From: Candidatus Woesearchaeota archaeon
Lineage (GTDB): Archaea > Nanobdellota > Nanobdellia > Woesearchaeales > JACQSR01
Assembly: GCA_016211215.1 (NCBI GenBank)
Contig: JACQSR010000026.1
Location: forward strand, 1 to 62,705
Length of the DNA: 62,705 nt
Direction: 5' to 3'
Each line of letters begins with the position of its first letter. Positions within the stretch are counted from its first letter, which is position 1. The notes beneath the pieces are model-generated. The model was not told where the DNA came from. It made no database searches and saw only the letters and a program-made list of their open reading frames with translations. The translations under genes and the position numbers were made by a program. Shown in pieces: positions 16,896-26,391 of the stretch.

Positions 16896-18116
16896 TCACA
16901 CTTGGAGTATCGGGAATGCAGACCTCACTTTGAGCAGTCTGCCGTCGATTAATCCCAGCGCATCCTCCACGGACTTGAATGTGGCAATGTCAGTATGTAT
17001 GATTAAAGGAACATAATTGCCCCTGCCCTTCTGGATAACCTGAAGTATGTTTATTCTTCTGTCCTTAAATATGGATGTAAGGGAGTTTAGCGTTCCCGGC
17101 TTGTTCAGCGCCTCAAAGTTCAGGTAAAATTCCGAGGATATCTCATCCTTTCCAAGCATCTTCACCTTTCTGTCCCCGAAGTATCTTGTTGGAACATAAT
17201 CCCCTCCCATATTCTGCACGATGGTTTTGATGTCGCTAATCACTGCAGAAGCCGTTGGATTTCCGCCTGCCCCTTCTCCGGCTAATGTCACGTGGGTGCT
17301 GCCTCCAAGGAATATTGCGTTCATGTCATAATCAATGTAGGCAAGGGGATGCTTCTTTGACACAAGCATAGGGCTTACCCTTACATCAACCCCATTGTCA
17401 AGCTGCCTTGCCACGGCAATCAGCTTTATTCTATACCCCAGCTCAGAGGCAAATTGTATGTCGTCATATGTTACATTGGCAATCCCCTTTGCTTCAATTT
17501 CCCCTGAATCAATCTTGGTGGAGAAATTTATTGACGCCAGTATTGCAATCTTTTGCGCCGCATCTTTCCCCTCAACATCAAACGACGGGTCTTTTTCGGC
17601 AAATCCGAGCTCCTGGGCCTCCAGAAGAGCCTTTTCATAGGAATAGCCGTCCTTTGTCATCTTTGTAAGTATGAAATTGGTGGTGCCGTTGATTATTCCA
17701 AAAATCTCATTTGTCCTGTTGCCCGATAGCCCAAATCTAAGCGAGTTTATGATGGGGATTCCCCCTCCGACAGCCCCCTCAAACAGCAAGTATACACTAT
17801 TTCTTCCGGCAATCTCCTCCAGTTCCTTCCCGTACCTGTCAATCACTGATTTATTTGCTGTTACTACACTCTTTCCATTCTCAAGGGCATTTTTTATTAT
17901 GCCGTATGCCGGCTCAATGCCGCCTATTAACTCAACAACTATATCAATTTCCTTGTCATCCAGAACAGAGCTTGGCTCCGTGGAGCAGATGTAAGGGCCA
18001 AATTTACCGCCGGATTTTCTGACTATCTTCTTTATGGTAACGCCTTCCTCTTTTTCCAGCTGCCTGAGCACGCAACTTCCAACCGTGCCAACCCCAAATA
18101 AACCTACATTTGCCAT
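16896..18116 (-). CDS. hom: Homoserine dehydrogenase with C-terminal ACT domain
   Basis: GVGTVG, VVTANK, EGAVGGGIPII, GIINGTTNFIL, GAGGNPTASAV. Confidence 0.93.
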   Translation of the reverse strand: MANVGLFGVGTVGSCVLRQLEKEEGVTIKKIVRKSGGKFGPYICSTEPSSVLDDKEIDIVVELIGGIEPAYGIIKNALENGKSVVTANKSVIDRYGKELEEIAGRNSVYLLFEGAVGGGIPIINSLRFGLSGNRTNEIFGIINGTTNFILTKMTKDGYSYEKALLEAQELGFAEKDPSFDVEGKDAAQKIAILASINFSTKIDSGEIEAKGIANVTYDDIQFASELGYRIKLIAVARQLDNGVDVRVSPMLVSKKHPLAYIDYDMNAIFLGGSTHVTLAGEGAGGNPTASAVISDIKTIVQNMGGDYVPTRYFGDRKVKMLGKDEISSEFYLNFEALNKPGTLNSLTSIFKDRRINILQVIQKGRGNYVPLIIHTDIATFKSVEDALGLIDGRLLKVRSAFPILQV

Positions 18117-18220
18117 GCTCCTGCGAACCTTGTTTCTTATTTAAATGTTTATCACTGATAGTGTGTCTCAAAAACATACCCATAGCAATTTTTATAAATA
18201 GGGTGCTGTTGGGCATAAGT

Positions 18221-19462
18221 ATGGCTATTTTAGCAGACATAATCATACTTGCAGCTTTGGTCGTGATGTCCGCGTTTGCATCTGCATCAGAGTCAGCTTT
18301 ATTCTCCCTGAACAGGTACCAGGTTGACATTCTGTACGAAAAGGGCTCCCGGGGTACAAAAAACCTGAAGAAAATATTAAGCGACCCCCATAAGCTCTTA
18401 ATCACGCTGCTTTTGTTCAACAACCTTGTCAACATATCTGCTTCAGCCTATGCAACAATATTCTTTGCAAGGCTATTTGAAAGCAACGTGATAGGCATTA
18501 CAACAGGCATCATGACATTTTTCATCCTTGTGTTTGGCGAGATTACCCCTAAAACCATTGCGCTGAAATACAACAAGTCTTTGTCCCTCTCGTTTGCAGG
18601 TATAATACGCGTGATGCAGATTATTTTTTATCCATTAATCTCAGTTTTGGGTTTGTTTGTGGACGTTGTGCACAAGGTTCTAGGGCTCAGGAAATCCAGC
18701 TCTGCACTGTCGGAGGAGGAGCTGAAAAGCATAGTTGCAATTAGCGAGCGCGAGGGCTCCATAAACCCAAGCGAGATGAAGCTGATAAACAGCGTATTCA
18801 GGTTTGACAACATGGTCATCTCTGATGTTATGACTCCGAGGACAAAGATTGTGTATGGCAATAGCAAAATGGCCCTCATGGACATAGTAAGGCTGTCCAA
18901 GGAAACAGGCCATTCAAGGTTCCCCATATATGAAAGGGACCGCGACAATGTTATTGGCATAGCATACCTGAAAGACATGCTAAGCTACATTGAAAAGGGA
19001 AAACTGTCATTGCCGGTTGCGAAGGTGATGAAGAAGGCAACCATTGTTCCGGAAACAAAAAAGCTCAGCACTACGCTTAAACTGTTCCAGAAGCGCCGCG
19101 TTCACATGGCAATTGTTGTCGATGAATACGGCGGCGTTGTTGGGCTTGCCACTATGGAGGACATTTTGGAGGAGATTGTGGGGGAGATTGTTGACGAGGC
19201 TGAAAAAGCCGGCCCAAAGGTGGTGCGCCTCAACGCAGACACCTTCAGGGTATTGGGAGATACCGATATAGCAAAAGTGAACAAGAAGCTGAACCTCAGA
19301 ATAGAGCCAAGCCCTGATTATGACACTCTTGGCGGTTTCATTCTTTCAAATGTGGGCAGGATTCCAAAGAAAGGCGAGGAGCTTAAGATAAAAAACCTCC
19401 TTATCACCATTGAGGAAGTTTCAAGGAACAGGATTGAGTCGGTAAGGGTTGTCAAAAAGTAA
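18221..19462 (+). CDS. Hemolysin-family CNNM-CBS-CorC protein (Mg/Co transport associated)
   Basis: SASESALFSL, GEITPK, GHSRFP, VDEYGG, EDILEEIVGEI; start moved to ATG 18221. Confidence 0.9.
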   Translation: MAILADIIILAALVVMSAFASASESALFSLNRYQVDILYEKGSRGTKNLKKILSDPHKLLITLLLFNNLVNISASAYATIFFARLFESNVIGITTGIMTFFILVFGEITPKTIALKYNKSLSLSFAGIIRVMQIIFYPLISVLGLFVDVVHKVLGLRKSSSALSEEELKSIVAISEREGSINPSEMKLINSVFRFDNMVISDVMTPRTKIVYGNSKMALMDIVRLSKETGHSRFPIYERDRDNVIGIAYLKDMLSYIEKGKLSLPVAKVMKKATIVPETKKLSTTLKLFQKRRVHMAIVVDEYGGVVGLATMEDILEEIVGEIVDEAEKAGPKVVRLNADTFRVLGDTDIAKVNKKLNLRIEPSPDYDTLGGFILSNVGRIPKKGEELKIKNLLITIEEVSRNRIESVRVVKK

Positions 19463-19510
19463 TCACCCGCACCGATACCTTTTTAAATCTAACAGAAACC
19501 ATTTTGGGTT

Positions 19511-19708
19511 ATGGGACGGATAAAAACACAGCTGATCAAGCGCGTAAGCCTGGAACTCTTTGACAAGTACGGTGACACCTTCAAGCCCGATTTCGGTCTG
19601 AACAGCAAGACGGTATCCCAGTTTGCGGTTATCAGGAGCAAGAAAGTGAGAAATGCCATTGCAGGATACATCACAAGGCTGGAGAAGGCAAGGTCAAAGC
19701 ATGTATAG
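19511..19708 (+). CDS. rps17e: 30S ribosomal protein S17e
   Basis: MGRIKT...SKKVRNAIAGYITR. Confidence 0.95.
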   Translation: MGRIKTQLIKRVSLELFDKYGDTFKPDFGLNSKTVSQFAVIRSKKVRNAIAGYITRLEKARSKHV

Positions 19709-19711
19709 AAG

Positions 19712-19993
19712 ATGGCAGAAGACAACAGCATATTCATAGGCGGAAAGCCTTTCATGAATTACGTTACCGGGGTTGTGATGCAGTTCACCACCAAGGACGC
19801 GCCTGAAGTTATAGTAAAGGCGCGGGGAAAGTTCATCTCCCGCGCGGTTGATGTTTCCGAGGTTGCGTCCAAGAGATTTCTTGATGGCGCAGTCGGGGTG
19901 AACTCCATAAAGATAGATTCGGAGGAGTTCCAGAACAGCCTGGGCAAGAACGTAAGGGTATCCACCATCGAGATTACGCTCGGCAGGAAGTAA
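19712..19993 (+). CDS. albA: DNA/RNA-binding protein Alba
   Basis: IFIGGKPFMNYV, KARGKFISRAVDV, VSTIEI. Confidence 0.95.
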   Translation: MAEDNSIFIGGKPFMNYVTGVVMQFTTKDAPEVIVKARGKFISRAVDVSEVASKRFLDGAVGVNSIKIDSEEFQNSLGKNVRVSTIEITLGRK

Positions 19994-20112
19994 CTGTTTC
20001 TTTGCGGCAATCCATCCAAAAAGCTTATATAGTAGATATCTTATTCTATATTATAAAATTAGGAAATAAGTAAGAAAGTTAATGAAAATAATATAAAATA
20101 GGATAAAAGAAG

Positions 20113-20253
20113 ATGGAACAGTTTCTCAGGACGGTGCGCAAGTCGGGGACGAGCTTCGCAGTAAACATACCCCCGGAAATAGTCAAGATGCTTTCCATTA
20201 GGGAGGGGGACATAGCCCGTATAACCATAGAGAAGGTAAAGAATGAAAGATAG
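20113..20253 (+). CDS. AbrB/MazE/SpoVT-family DNA-binding protein (46 aa), not in ORF track
   Basis: Manual translation MEQFLRTVRKSGTSFAVNIPPEIVKMLSIREGDIARITIEKVKNER. Confidence 0.8.
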   Translation: MEQFLRTVRKSGTSFAVNIPPEIVKMLSIREGDIARITIEKVKNER

Positions 20254-20827
20254 CATAGATGATTACCTGGGCAAAATAGTATCCGGCTCAGGAAAGGTGA
20301 AAAATCTGGAGTTTTCCGAGATAAAAAGGGAGGTTGATGAACTGGTGGATACCGAGGATGCTTTCAAGTCTTTTAGGCCTGCATTGTTTGGGGAGCAGGA
20401 GTTGGCACAAAACAGCGATGCCTTGCTCAAGCTCAGGATGCTTGTATCCCAGCTTAAAGAGAGGTCCGAAATAAACGAAAAGCTGGAGTCTTTGGCATAT
20501 TACCTGGGCCAGATGAGGTACTCGCTTTTTTCCCAGGACAAAAAATCCCTGAAAAAGGTGTTAAAAAAATTCCTTGATGATGACACCAACATACGCGATT
20601 TGCTCTCAGACATCCAGAAATTCAAGAAAGAGCTGGAGGATATTGAATCAGCCTATAGGGAGATAATAGCCGAAAGGAAGCTGCCCATTGATGTGTGGAT
20701 AAGCCATGTAACCTACCTTGAGCAGCAGCTAAAGCTTTTTTCAAGGATACAGGAGCGCCAGAGCAACATAGCATTCAACATAGGCAGATTGTTTGTGGGA
20801 ATGGCAAAAAAGGAGCTGAAGAAGTAA
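20243..20827 (+). CDS. Hypothetical all-helical/coiled-coil protein
   Basis: 194-aa ORF overlapping the AbrB gene by 11 nt. Confidence 0.65.
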   Translation: MKDSIDDYLGKIVSGSGKVKNLEFSEIKREVDELVDTEDAFKSFRPALFGEQELAQNSDALLKLRMLVSQLKERSEINEKLESLAYYLGQMRYSLFSQDKKSLKKVLKKFLDDDTNIRDLLSDIQKFKKELEDIESAYREIIAERKLPIDVWISHVTYLEQQLKLFSRIQERQSNIAFNIGRLFVGMAKKELKK

Positions 20828-20960
20828 TTTCTAATTGTAGAATGGTCACAATCACTTTTTAAGGCGATTATTAAGTTTTTCGCCTTTTATGAAAAGCTTT
20901 TTAAACCGAGTCCCTTTCTTCCACCCACAAAGACATAGAATTTTTTGGGGGAGTCTAAGA

Positions 20961-21881
20961 ATGCCTGAGCTGGTAAAGAAGTGTCCTGAATGCGCTGGTA
21001 TAAACTTATTCTGGAATCGCGACAAAGGAGAGATAATATGCAAGGACTGCGGGCTTGTAATTGAAGACAAGATGGTCGACTTCTCCCAGGAATGGCGCGA
21101 GTTTGATTCTGAAGATGGGGCAAGCAAGAGAAGGACAGGCGCCCCTTCAACTTACACCCAGTATGACCAGGGATTGGGCACTGAAGTTGGCCAGAAGGCT
21201 GATTTTATGAAGCTCGCCGGAAAGGATAGGAACAAGTTTTTCAGGCTTAGAAAGTGGCAGTACAGGATATCAACTGCAATCGAGAGGAACCTGAAGCTTG
21301 CGCTTGCAGAGCTTAAAAGAGTGTCTTCATACTTAAAGCTTCCAAAATCCGTTGAGGAGGAGTCTGCAAGGATTTACACTTTGGCAGTCCAAAGGGGGCT
21401 GGTTCGCGGACGTTCAATGGAAAGCGTTGTTGCCGGCGCGTTGTATGCCGCGTGCAGGCGCCATGACGTGCCAAGGACGCTGGACGAGCTTTCAGAGGCA
21501 TCGGGAATAGAAAAAAAGGAAATAGGGCGCACTTACAGGTTTGTGACGCGTGAATTGGGTGTTACAATTCTCCCATCAAACCCCGCTGATTACATTGCAA
21601 GATTTTCATCCTCACTGAAGCTGTCTGCTGAAACCCAGTCAAAGGCAGTTGAAATCCTCGAGCGCTCTCAAAAGGCTGAGCTTACTTCCGGGAGGGGTCC
21701 AACTGGAATTGCCGCTGCGGCTTTATATGTCTCATCATTGATACACGGCGAAAAAAGAACCCAGCGTGAGGTTGCAGACGTTGCAGGCGTTACCGAGGTA
21801 ACCATAAGGAACCGCTACAAGGAGCTTCTCGAGGAGCTTGACCTCGAAAAGGATATAAAGAAGACCAAGAAAAGAAGGTAG
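20961..21881 (+). CDS. tfb: Transcription initiation factor IIB
   Basis: Zn ribbon CPEC...CKDCG, EWREF, two cyclin repeats, TQREVA...VTIRNRYKE; start moved to ATG 20961. Confidence 0.97.
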   Translation: MPELVKKCPECAGINLFWNRDKGEIICKDCGLVIEDKMVDFSQEWREFDSEDGASKRRTGAPSTYTQYDQGLGTEVGQKADFMKLAGKDRNKFFRLRKWQYRISTAIERNLKLALAELKRVSSYLKLPKSVEEESARIYTLAVQRGLVRGRSMESVVAGALYAACRRHDVPRTLDELSEASGIEKKEIGRTYRFVTRELGVTILPSNPADYIARFSSSLKLSAETQSKAVEILERSQKAELTSGRGPTGIAAAALYVSSLIHGEKRTQREVADVAGVTEVTIRNRYKELLEELDLEKDIKKTKKRR

Positions 21882-21889
21882 CTATACTC

Positions 21890-21972
21890 AGCGACATAAA
21901 CAGTTATACAAGGTAGTATGTCGCTTCGTAATAAGCAAGTGACATTATGTATAGAAATTTGTGTCACTTGCT
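21890..21972. repeat. Twin hairpins between convergent tfb and MGMT genes
   Basis: AGCGACATA 21890-21898 with TATGTCGCT 21917-21925; AGCAAGTGACA 21934-21944 with TGTCACTTGCT 21962-21972. Confidence 0.65.
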
Positions 21973-22278
21973 ATATCTGAATCTGTGCAAAAATTTCTCC
22001 AGGTCTACAATCCCGTCCTTTATTGACACGCCTTCTTTTTCCAGAAGCTTAATCTTGGCATTTTTTCCGCCCTTTCCTGAATACCCGCCAACGCTTCCTT
22101 TGCTTTTAACAACGCGGTGGCATGGAACTTCAGGCGCATGGGGGTTTTTGCTTAGAGCAGTTCCAATCGCGCGGTAAGCCCTGCTGTTAATAGCATTTCC
22201 CAGCTCCTTGTATGTCGTAACTTTCCCCTTCGGGATTTCCCTGCATTTTTGCCACACCATCTCATGAAATGAAGCCAT
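21964..22278 (-). CDS. ogt: Methylated-DNA--protein-cysteine methyltransferase (short form)
   Basis: IPKGKVTTY, RAIGTAL, active site PCHRV. Confidence 0.9.
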   Translation of the reverse strand: MASFHEMVWQKCREIPKGKVTTYKELGNAINSRAYRAIGTALSKNPHAPEVPCHRVVKSKGSVGGYSGKGGKNAKIKLLEKEGVSIKDGIVDLEKFLHRFRYSK

Positions 22279-22361
22279 AATCTGTAAATTGGAGTCCCTC
22301 TTAATATTTTTTGCCTACTTTCGAAACAATTAAAAAGGGTTGTTCATTCACATACTCAAAC

Positions 22362-22520
22362 ATGGACGGGGATGAGGAAGATTGGAAAAAGAGGCTGGAC
22401 AAAGTTTCTACAACCAAGCGGTGTCCCAAATGCAACGGCCTCTCGCTTCATTTTCATCGGGAATCAGGGAAAGTTACCTGCGAAGATTGCGGTTTTGAGT
22501 TTGTAATATCAAAAATTTAA
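22362..22520 (+). CDS. Small TFIIB-type Zn-ribbon protein
   Basis: CPKC...CEDCG; start moved to ATG 22362. Confidence 0.65.
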   Translation: MDGDEEDWKKRLDKVSTTKRCPKCNGLSLHFHRESGKVTCEDCGFEFVISKI

Positions 22521-22560
22521 GCAAAATTGCTTGGTTTTTGCAAAGAAAAGAGGGTGTAGG

Positions 22561-23061
22561 GTGCCAAAACACAGGATGCAGCGTGTAGGGGTGTTTGTAG
22601 ACGTTCAAAACCTCTATTATTCTGCCATAAACCTATACGACGCCAAGGTTAATTTCTCGGTTATTCTTAAGGAGGCAGTCAAGGACAGGCAGCTGGTAAG
22701 GGCCATAGCATACGTCATCAAGGCTGATGTGAAGGACGAATCCAATTTCTTTGAGGCCCTTGAAAGGATTGGATTTGATGTCAGGGCAAAGGACATCCAG
22801 ATTTTCTACGGCGGCAAGAAGAAGGGCGATTGGGATGTGGGCATAGCAATGGACATCATGAGGCTTGCCGGAAAGATTGATGTTGTTGTGCTTGTATCCG
22901 GCGATGGTGATTTCAGGGACTTGCTGGAGCACGTGAAGTCGCTTGGGTGCAGGGCCGAGGTGATTGCGTTCGGCAAGTCAAGCTCTTCCCGTTTGATTGA
23001 GGAAGCTGACGATTTCATAGACCTTGATGTAATCAAGGGGAGGATTTTGATAAGAAAATGA
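22561..23061 (+). CDS. NYN domain (LabA/DUF88) protein
   Basis: FVDVQN, KGDWDVGIAMD, LVSGDGDF, ADDFIDL; likely GTG start 22561. Confidence 0.92.
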   Translation: MPKHRMQRVGVFVDVQNLYYSAINLYDAKVNFSVILKEAVKDRQLVRAIAYVIKADVKDESNFFEALERIGFDVRAKDIQIFYGGKKKGDWDVGIAMDIMRLAGKIDVVVLVSGDGDFRDLLEHVKSLGCRAEVIAFGKSSSSRLIEEADDFIDLDVIKGRILIRK

Positions 23062-23828
23062 GCAGGGTCGTGAAGAAGCAGAAGATTGCAGATGGCACCT
23101 ACCTTCTGGAGCTGGAAGCCCCGGAGATAGCGAAAAAGATAGGGCCTGGCCAATTCGTCCTCATACGGCCAAAAGCACGAACAGAAGGGATATGCCTCCC
23201 GGTTGGAATCGTGAAAAGAAACACAATTTCGGTTGTGGTAAAAGGGGAAAACTCAAAGGTGCTTGCATCTTTGAAGAGCAATGACCACGTGAGCGACATC
23301 GCAGGCCCGATTGGCAACCAGACCTCAATAGAGGAGGTTGAAAATGTGGTATTCATATCCGATTCTTATGGTATCCCATCAATTTACAACATCGCCCAGG
23401 CATACAAGGACAGCAAGGTTCAGACATACATAATCATAGGCGATAAATCCAGGAAGTTTCTGTACTGGGAAGACAAGATGAAGGAAATTACCAACAAGAT
23501 AGTTATATGCACTGAAGACGGAAGCAGGGGCCACAGGGGAACTGTGCCTTCCAACCTGAGGAACATTCTTTCGGACTCCCAGTTTGAGCTTGCCATTGTT
23601 GCAGGAACTCCGTCGTTCATGCACGAAGTCTCAAAATTCACAAGGCAGAGGATAAAAACAAAGGCGGTGGTAAATCCCCTCATGATTGACCCAATAGGCC
23701 TCTCCGGAACATGCAGGATAAGGGTGGATGAAAAGATTAAGTTTGCAACCATCGACGGACCGGAATTCAATGCCCACTCGGTGGATTTTGATGAGCTCAG
23801 GGAGAGGATTGGCAGGGGGTTTGAATAG
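23058..23828 (+). CDS. NfnA/SudB-like (PyrK-family) subunit with degenerate cofactor motifs
   Basis: APEIA, PGQF, GP.G, DGPEF; the Fe-S motif reads MIDPIGLSGTC...FATIDG. Confidence 0.8.
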   Translation: MSRVVKKQKIADGTYLLELEAPEIAKKIGPGQFVLIRPKARTEGICLPVGIVKRNTISVVVKGENSKVLASLKSNDHVSDIAGPIGNQTSIEEVENVVFISDSYGIPSIYNIAQAYKDSKVQTYIIIGDKSRKFLYWEDKMKEITNKIVICTEDGSRGHRGTVPSNLRNILSDSQFELAIVAGTPSFMHEVSKFTRQRIKTKAVVNPLMIDPIGLSGTCRIRVDEKIKFATIDGPEFNAHSVDFDELRERIGRGFE

Positions 23829-23830
23829 CC

Positions 23831-25162
23831 ATGGAAGCAAAAAAAAATCCATTTGAGGAGATCGAGGCTGGATTCTCAGCGTCCCAGGCTGTTGCGGAAT
23901 CATCGCTGTGCAAATCCTGCACGGAACCGAAATGCGTCCAGGGATGCCCGGCTGGTGTGGATATCCCCCAATTTATTAAATGCATAGAAGAAGGAAATCC
24001 AAATGCTGCCATCGGCATTATTGCAAAATCAGATAATCTTCCCTTTGCATGTTCGCGCCTTTGCCCCAGGGAAAGTATGTGTGAAGCATCATGCTCTTCT
24101 TCAAATGGCAGCCCCGTGCAAATAGGGAAGCTGGAAAGATACGCATATGAGAATGGGCATGTGGAAATTCCCCGAATAAGGAAAAAATCAAGGAAAATCG
24201 CGGTTGTGGGTTCAGGGCCCGCAGGATTATCGTGTGCTGAGGACCTGGCAAAACTGGGATATGATGTTACAGTTTTTGAGGCCCTCCATTCCCCAGGCGG
24301 CAGCATGAGAAGCGTGGTGCCGAATTTCAGGCTTCCCCACAAGACGGTGGATAGCCACATTGCATACCTTTCCTCCCTGGGCGTAAAAATAATAAACAAT
24401 GCAGTCGTAGGCAGGCTTATAACCATTCCGGAGCTGAAGAAGAGGTATTCTGCGGTGTTCATCGCAACCGGCTCCTCCCTTCCAACATACATGGGCATTG
24501 AGGGTGAACATCTACAGAGTGTGATAACTGCAAATGAATTTCTTTACAGGATTAACGTTATTGAGCAGCACCTTTTTGACCAAAAAAACGGCATATTCAC
24601 GCCCGATAGGGTTATTGTTGTTGGCGGCAATGATGCCGCAATAGACTGCGCCAGGATGGCAGTCCGTCTCGGGGCTCGCGCAACTGTTCTCTACCACAAG
24701 TCATTAAACGAGCTCACAGCAACCCATGACAACATACACTGGGCAAGGGAAGAGGGGATTCAATTCCTTATGCTGTCCCTCCCGAAAAAATACCTTGGCT
24801 CGTCAAAAGTTGAGGGCATAGAGGTAATTCAGATGAAAATGGAAGAAGATGAGATAGGGAACAAGGTTCCTGTCGAGATTGAGGGCTCGGAGTTCACAGA
24901 AACTGCTGATTTGGTGATACTTGCGCTGGGAACTACAGCAAGCCCTATTGTGGTGAACCAGACAAATATCAACCACAATCTTCGCGGCAATGTATTTGTT
25001 GACGATAACCTTATGACAAGCGTGCAGGGCATCTTTTCGGGTGGTGCAGTAACCGGCGCATCAACTGTAGTTGAGTCCATGGTTCTAGGCAAGAGGGCCG
25101 CAAAATCTATAGATTATTATTTGAGCACGCCGCATAGGGAGGTTGAGGTTGAAAATGATTGA
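23831..25162 (+). CDS. NfnB/SudA-like (GltD-family) Fe-S flavoprotein
   Basis: CKSCTEPKCVQGCP, CSRLCPRESMCEASC, IGKLER, VGSGPAGL. Confidence 0.88.
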   Translation: MEAKKNPFEEIEAGFSASQAVAESSLCKSCTEPKCVQGCPAGVDIPQFIKCIEEGNPNAAIGIIAKSDNLPFACSRLCPRESMCEASCSSSNGSPVQIGKLERYAYENGHVEIPRIRKKSRKIAVVGSGPAGLSCAEDLAKLGYDVTVFEALHSPGGSMRSVVPNFRLPHKTVDSHIAYLSSLGVKIINNAVVGRLITIPELKKRYSAVFIATGSSLPTYMGIEGEHLQSVITANEFLYRINVIEQHLFDQKNGIFTPDRVIVVGGNDAAIDCARMAVRLGARATVLYHKSLNELTATHDNIHWAREEGIQFLMLSLPKKYLGSSKVEGIEVIQMKMEEDEIGNKVPVEIEGSEFTETADLVILALGTTASPIVVNQTNINHNLRGNVFVDDNLMTSVQGIFSGGAVTGASTVVESMVLGKRAAKSIDYYLSTPHREVEVEND

Positions 25163-25469
25163 AGTTTCTTCAGAGACCTTTGAAGACGAGGTCCTCAGGT
25201 CTAAAAAGCCCGTTGTGGTTGACTTCTGGGCGGAATGGTGTGGCCCATGCAGGCAGCTTGCCCCCCTATACCACAAGCTTGAAGAGAAGAACAAGGACGT
25301 CAAGTTCTGCAAGCTAAATGTTGACGAGAACCATGCCACTGCATCGGAGTTTGGCATAATGGCAATCCCCTGCATAATCTCCTTCAGGGATGGAAAGGAG
25401 CAGCAGCGTATCGTTGGGAACGTTGGTGAAGGCAAGATTCAGGAAATGATTTCGGGGCTTCAGAAATAG
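25155..25469 (+). CDS. trxA: Thioredoxin
   Basis: VDFWAEWCGPC, cis-Pro AIP; start moved to ATG 25155. Confidence 0.95.
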   Translation: MIEVSSETFEDEVLRSKKPVVVDFWAEWCGPCRQLAPLYHKLEEKNKDVKFCKLNVDENHATASEFGIMAIPCIISFRDGKEQQRIVGNVGEGKIQEMISGLQK

Positions 25470-25565
25470 AACCACTACTAGGTGGTAAATAATCGAAATG
25501 CTTAAATACCCCTATTCTTTAGCATTATGAAAAGCGTTAAATAATCTCAGCATATACCACTTAAA

Positions 25566-25937
25566 ATGGCGTACGAAATAAAAAAACCCTGGGAAAACCC
25601 CTTTTCAGGATACCATCATGCAACACATGATGAGGGGCATGTTTCTCATGACTATGCGTCAGCGGAGAAATACCACGCCACATCTTCGGAGCTTTACAAC
25701 ACCGAAAAGGGCCAGGATGAGAAGGAAGAGGATGAGAAAGAAGGAGATAAGGGTGAATCAATAGAAGATGAGGTAAAAAAGGAGGAAAAAGAGGAGGATG
25801 CAGATGTTAAGGCTTCCTCATCTTCAATGGGCGTTCCAGGCGTGGATACTGATGTAAAGGAAAAGAAAAAATCGACAACCATCGACGAAATGATAGAGAA
25901 GGCAATAAAATCGGAGAAGGAGGTCATCCACAGGTAA
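25566..25937 (+). CDS. Hypothetical protein, His/Tyr-rich N-terminus and acidic linker
   Basis: 123-aa ORF downstream of a TATA-like site. Confidence 0.6.
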   Translation: MAYEIKKPWENPFSGYHHATHDEGHVSHDYASAEKYHATSSELYNTEKGQDEKEEDEKEGDKGESIEDEVKKEEKEEDADVKASSSSMGVPGVDTDVKEKKKSTTIDEMIEKAIKSEKEVIHR

Positions 25938-25938
25938 A

Positions 25939-26391
25939 ATGCCATGCTGCAACCCATATTCGGCAGGCCATGAGGTAATGTTAAAGACCAGCACCTATAG
26001 CATAGACTCCCACGGCGATTACGGCGCAACTCTAAGGTTTCTTGCGAAAGAGGACCTGCCCCGCTATACTGCGATGTTCTATTTTCCCTCGCATCATGAA
26101 TCAGTAACTGAAGTCCGCTATGGCAGGGTTAATGCTGACTACGACGAGGGGTTTAGCGCGTTTATGGATGCATTAAGGGGTCCTCCGCTTGAAGTTTATA
26201 TTCCCAGCAATGTGGTCATGCCGTCTGCTCCTGCAATAAGGCATGAGCAGCCCCCGGAACCCAGGAAATCAGCCCATGATGAGATAGAAAAGGCCCTTCT
26301 GCAGATTAAGGGTGCATTGCTCGTCGAGGAGGTAATTGAGCAGGTATCGATTAAAAGGGTCAGAAGGCGGCGCATTTTGATTTCACGCTAA
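25939..26391 (+). CDS. Hypothetical protein
   Basis: 150-aa ORF starting 1 nt after the preceding stop. Confidence 0.55.
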   Translation: MPCCNPYSAGHEVMLKTSTYSIDSHGDYGATLRFLAKEDLPRYTAMFYFPSHHESVTEVRYGRVNADYDEGFSAFMDALRGPPLEVYIPSNVVMPSAPAIRHEQPPEPRKSAHDEIEKALLQIKGALLVEEVIEQVSIKRVRRRRILISR

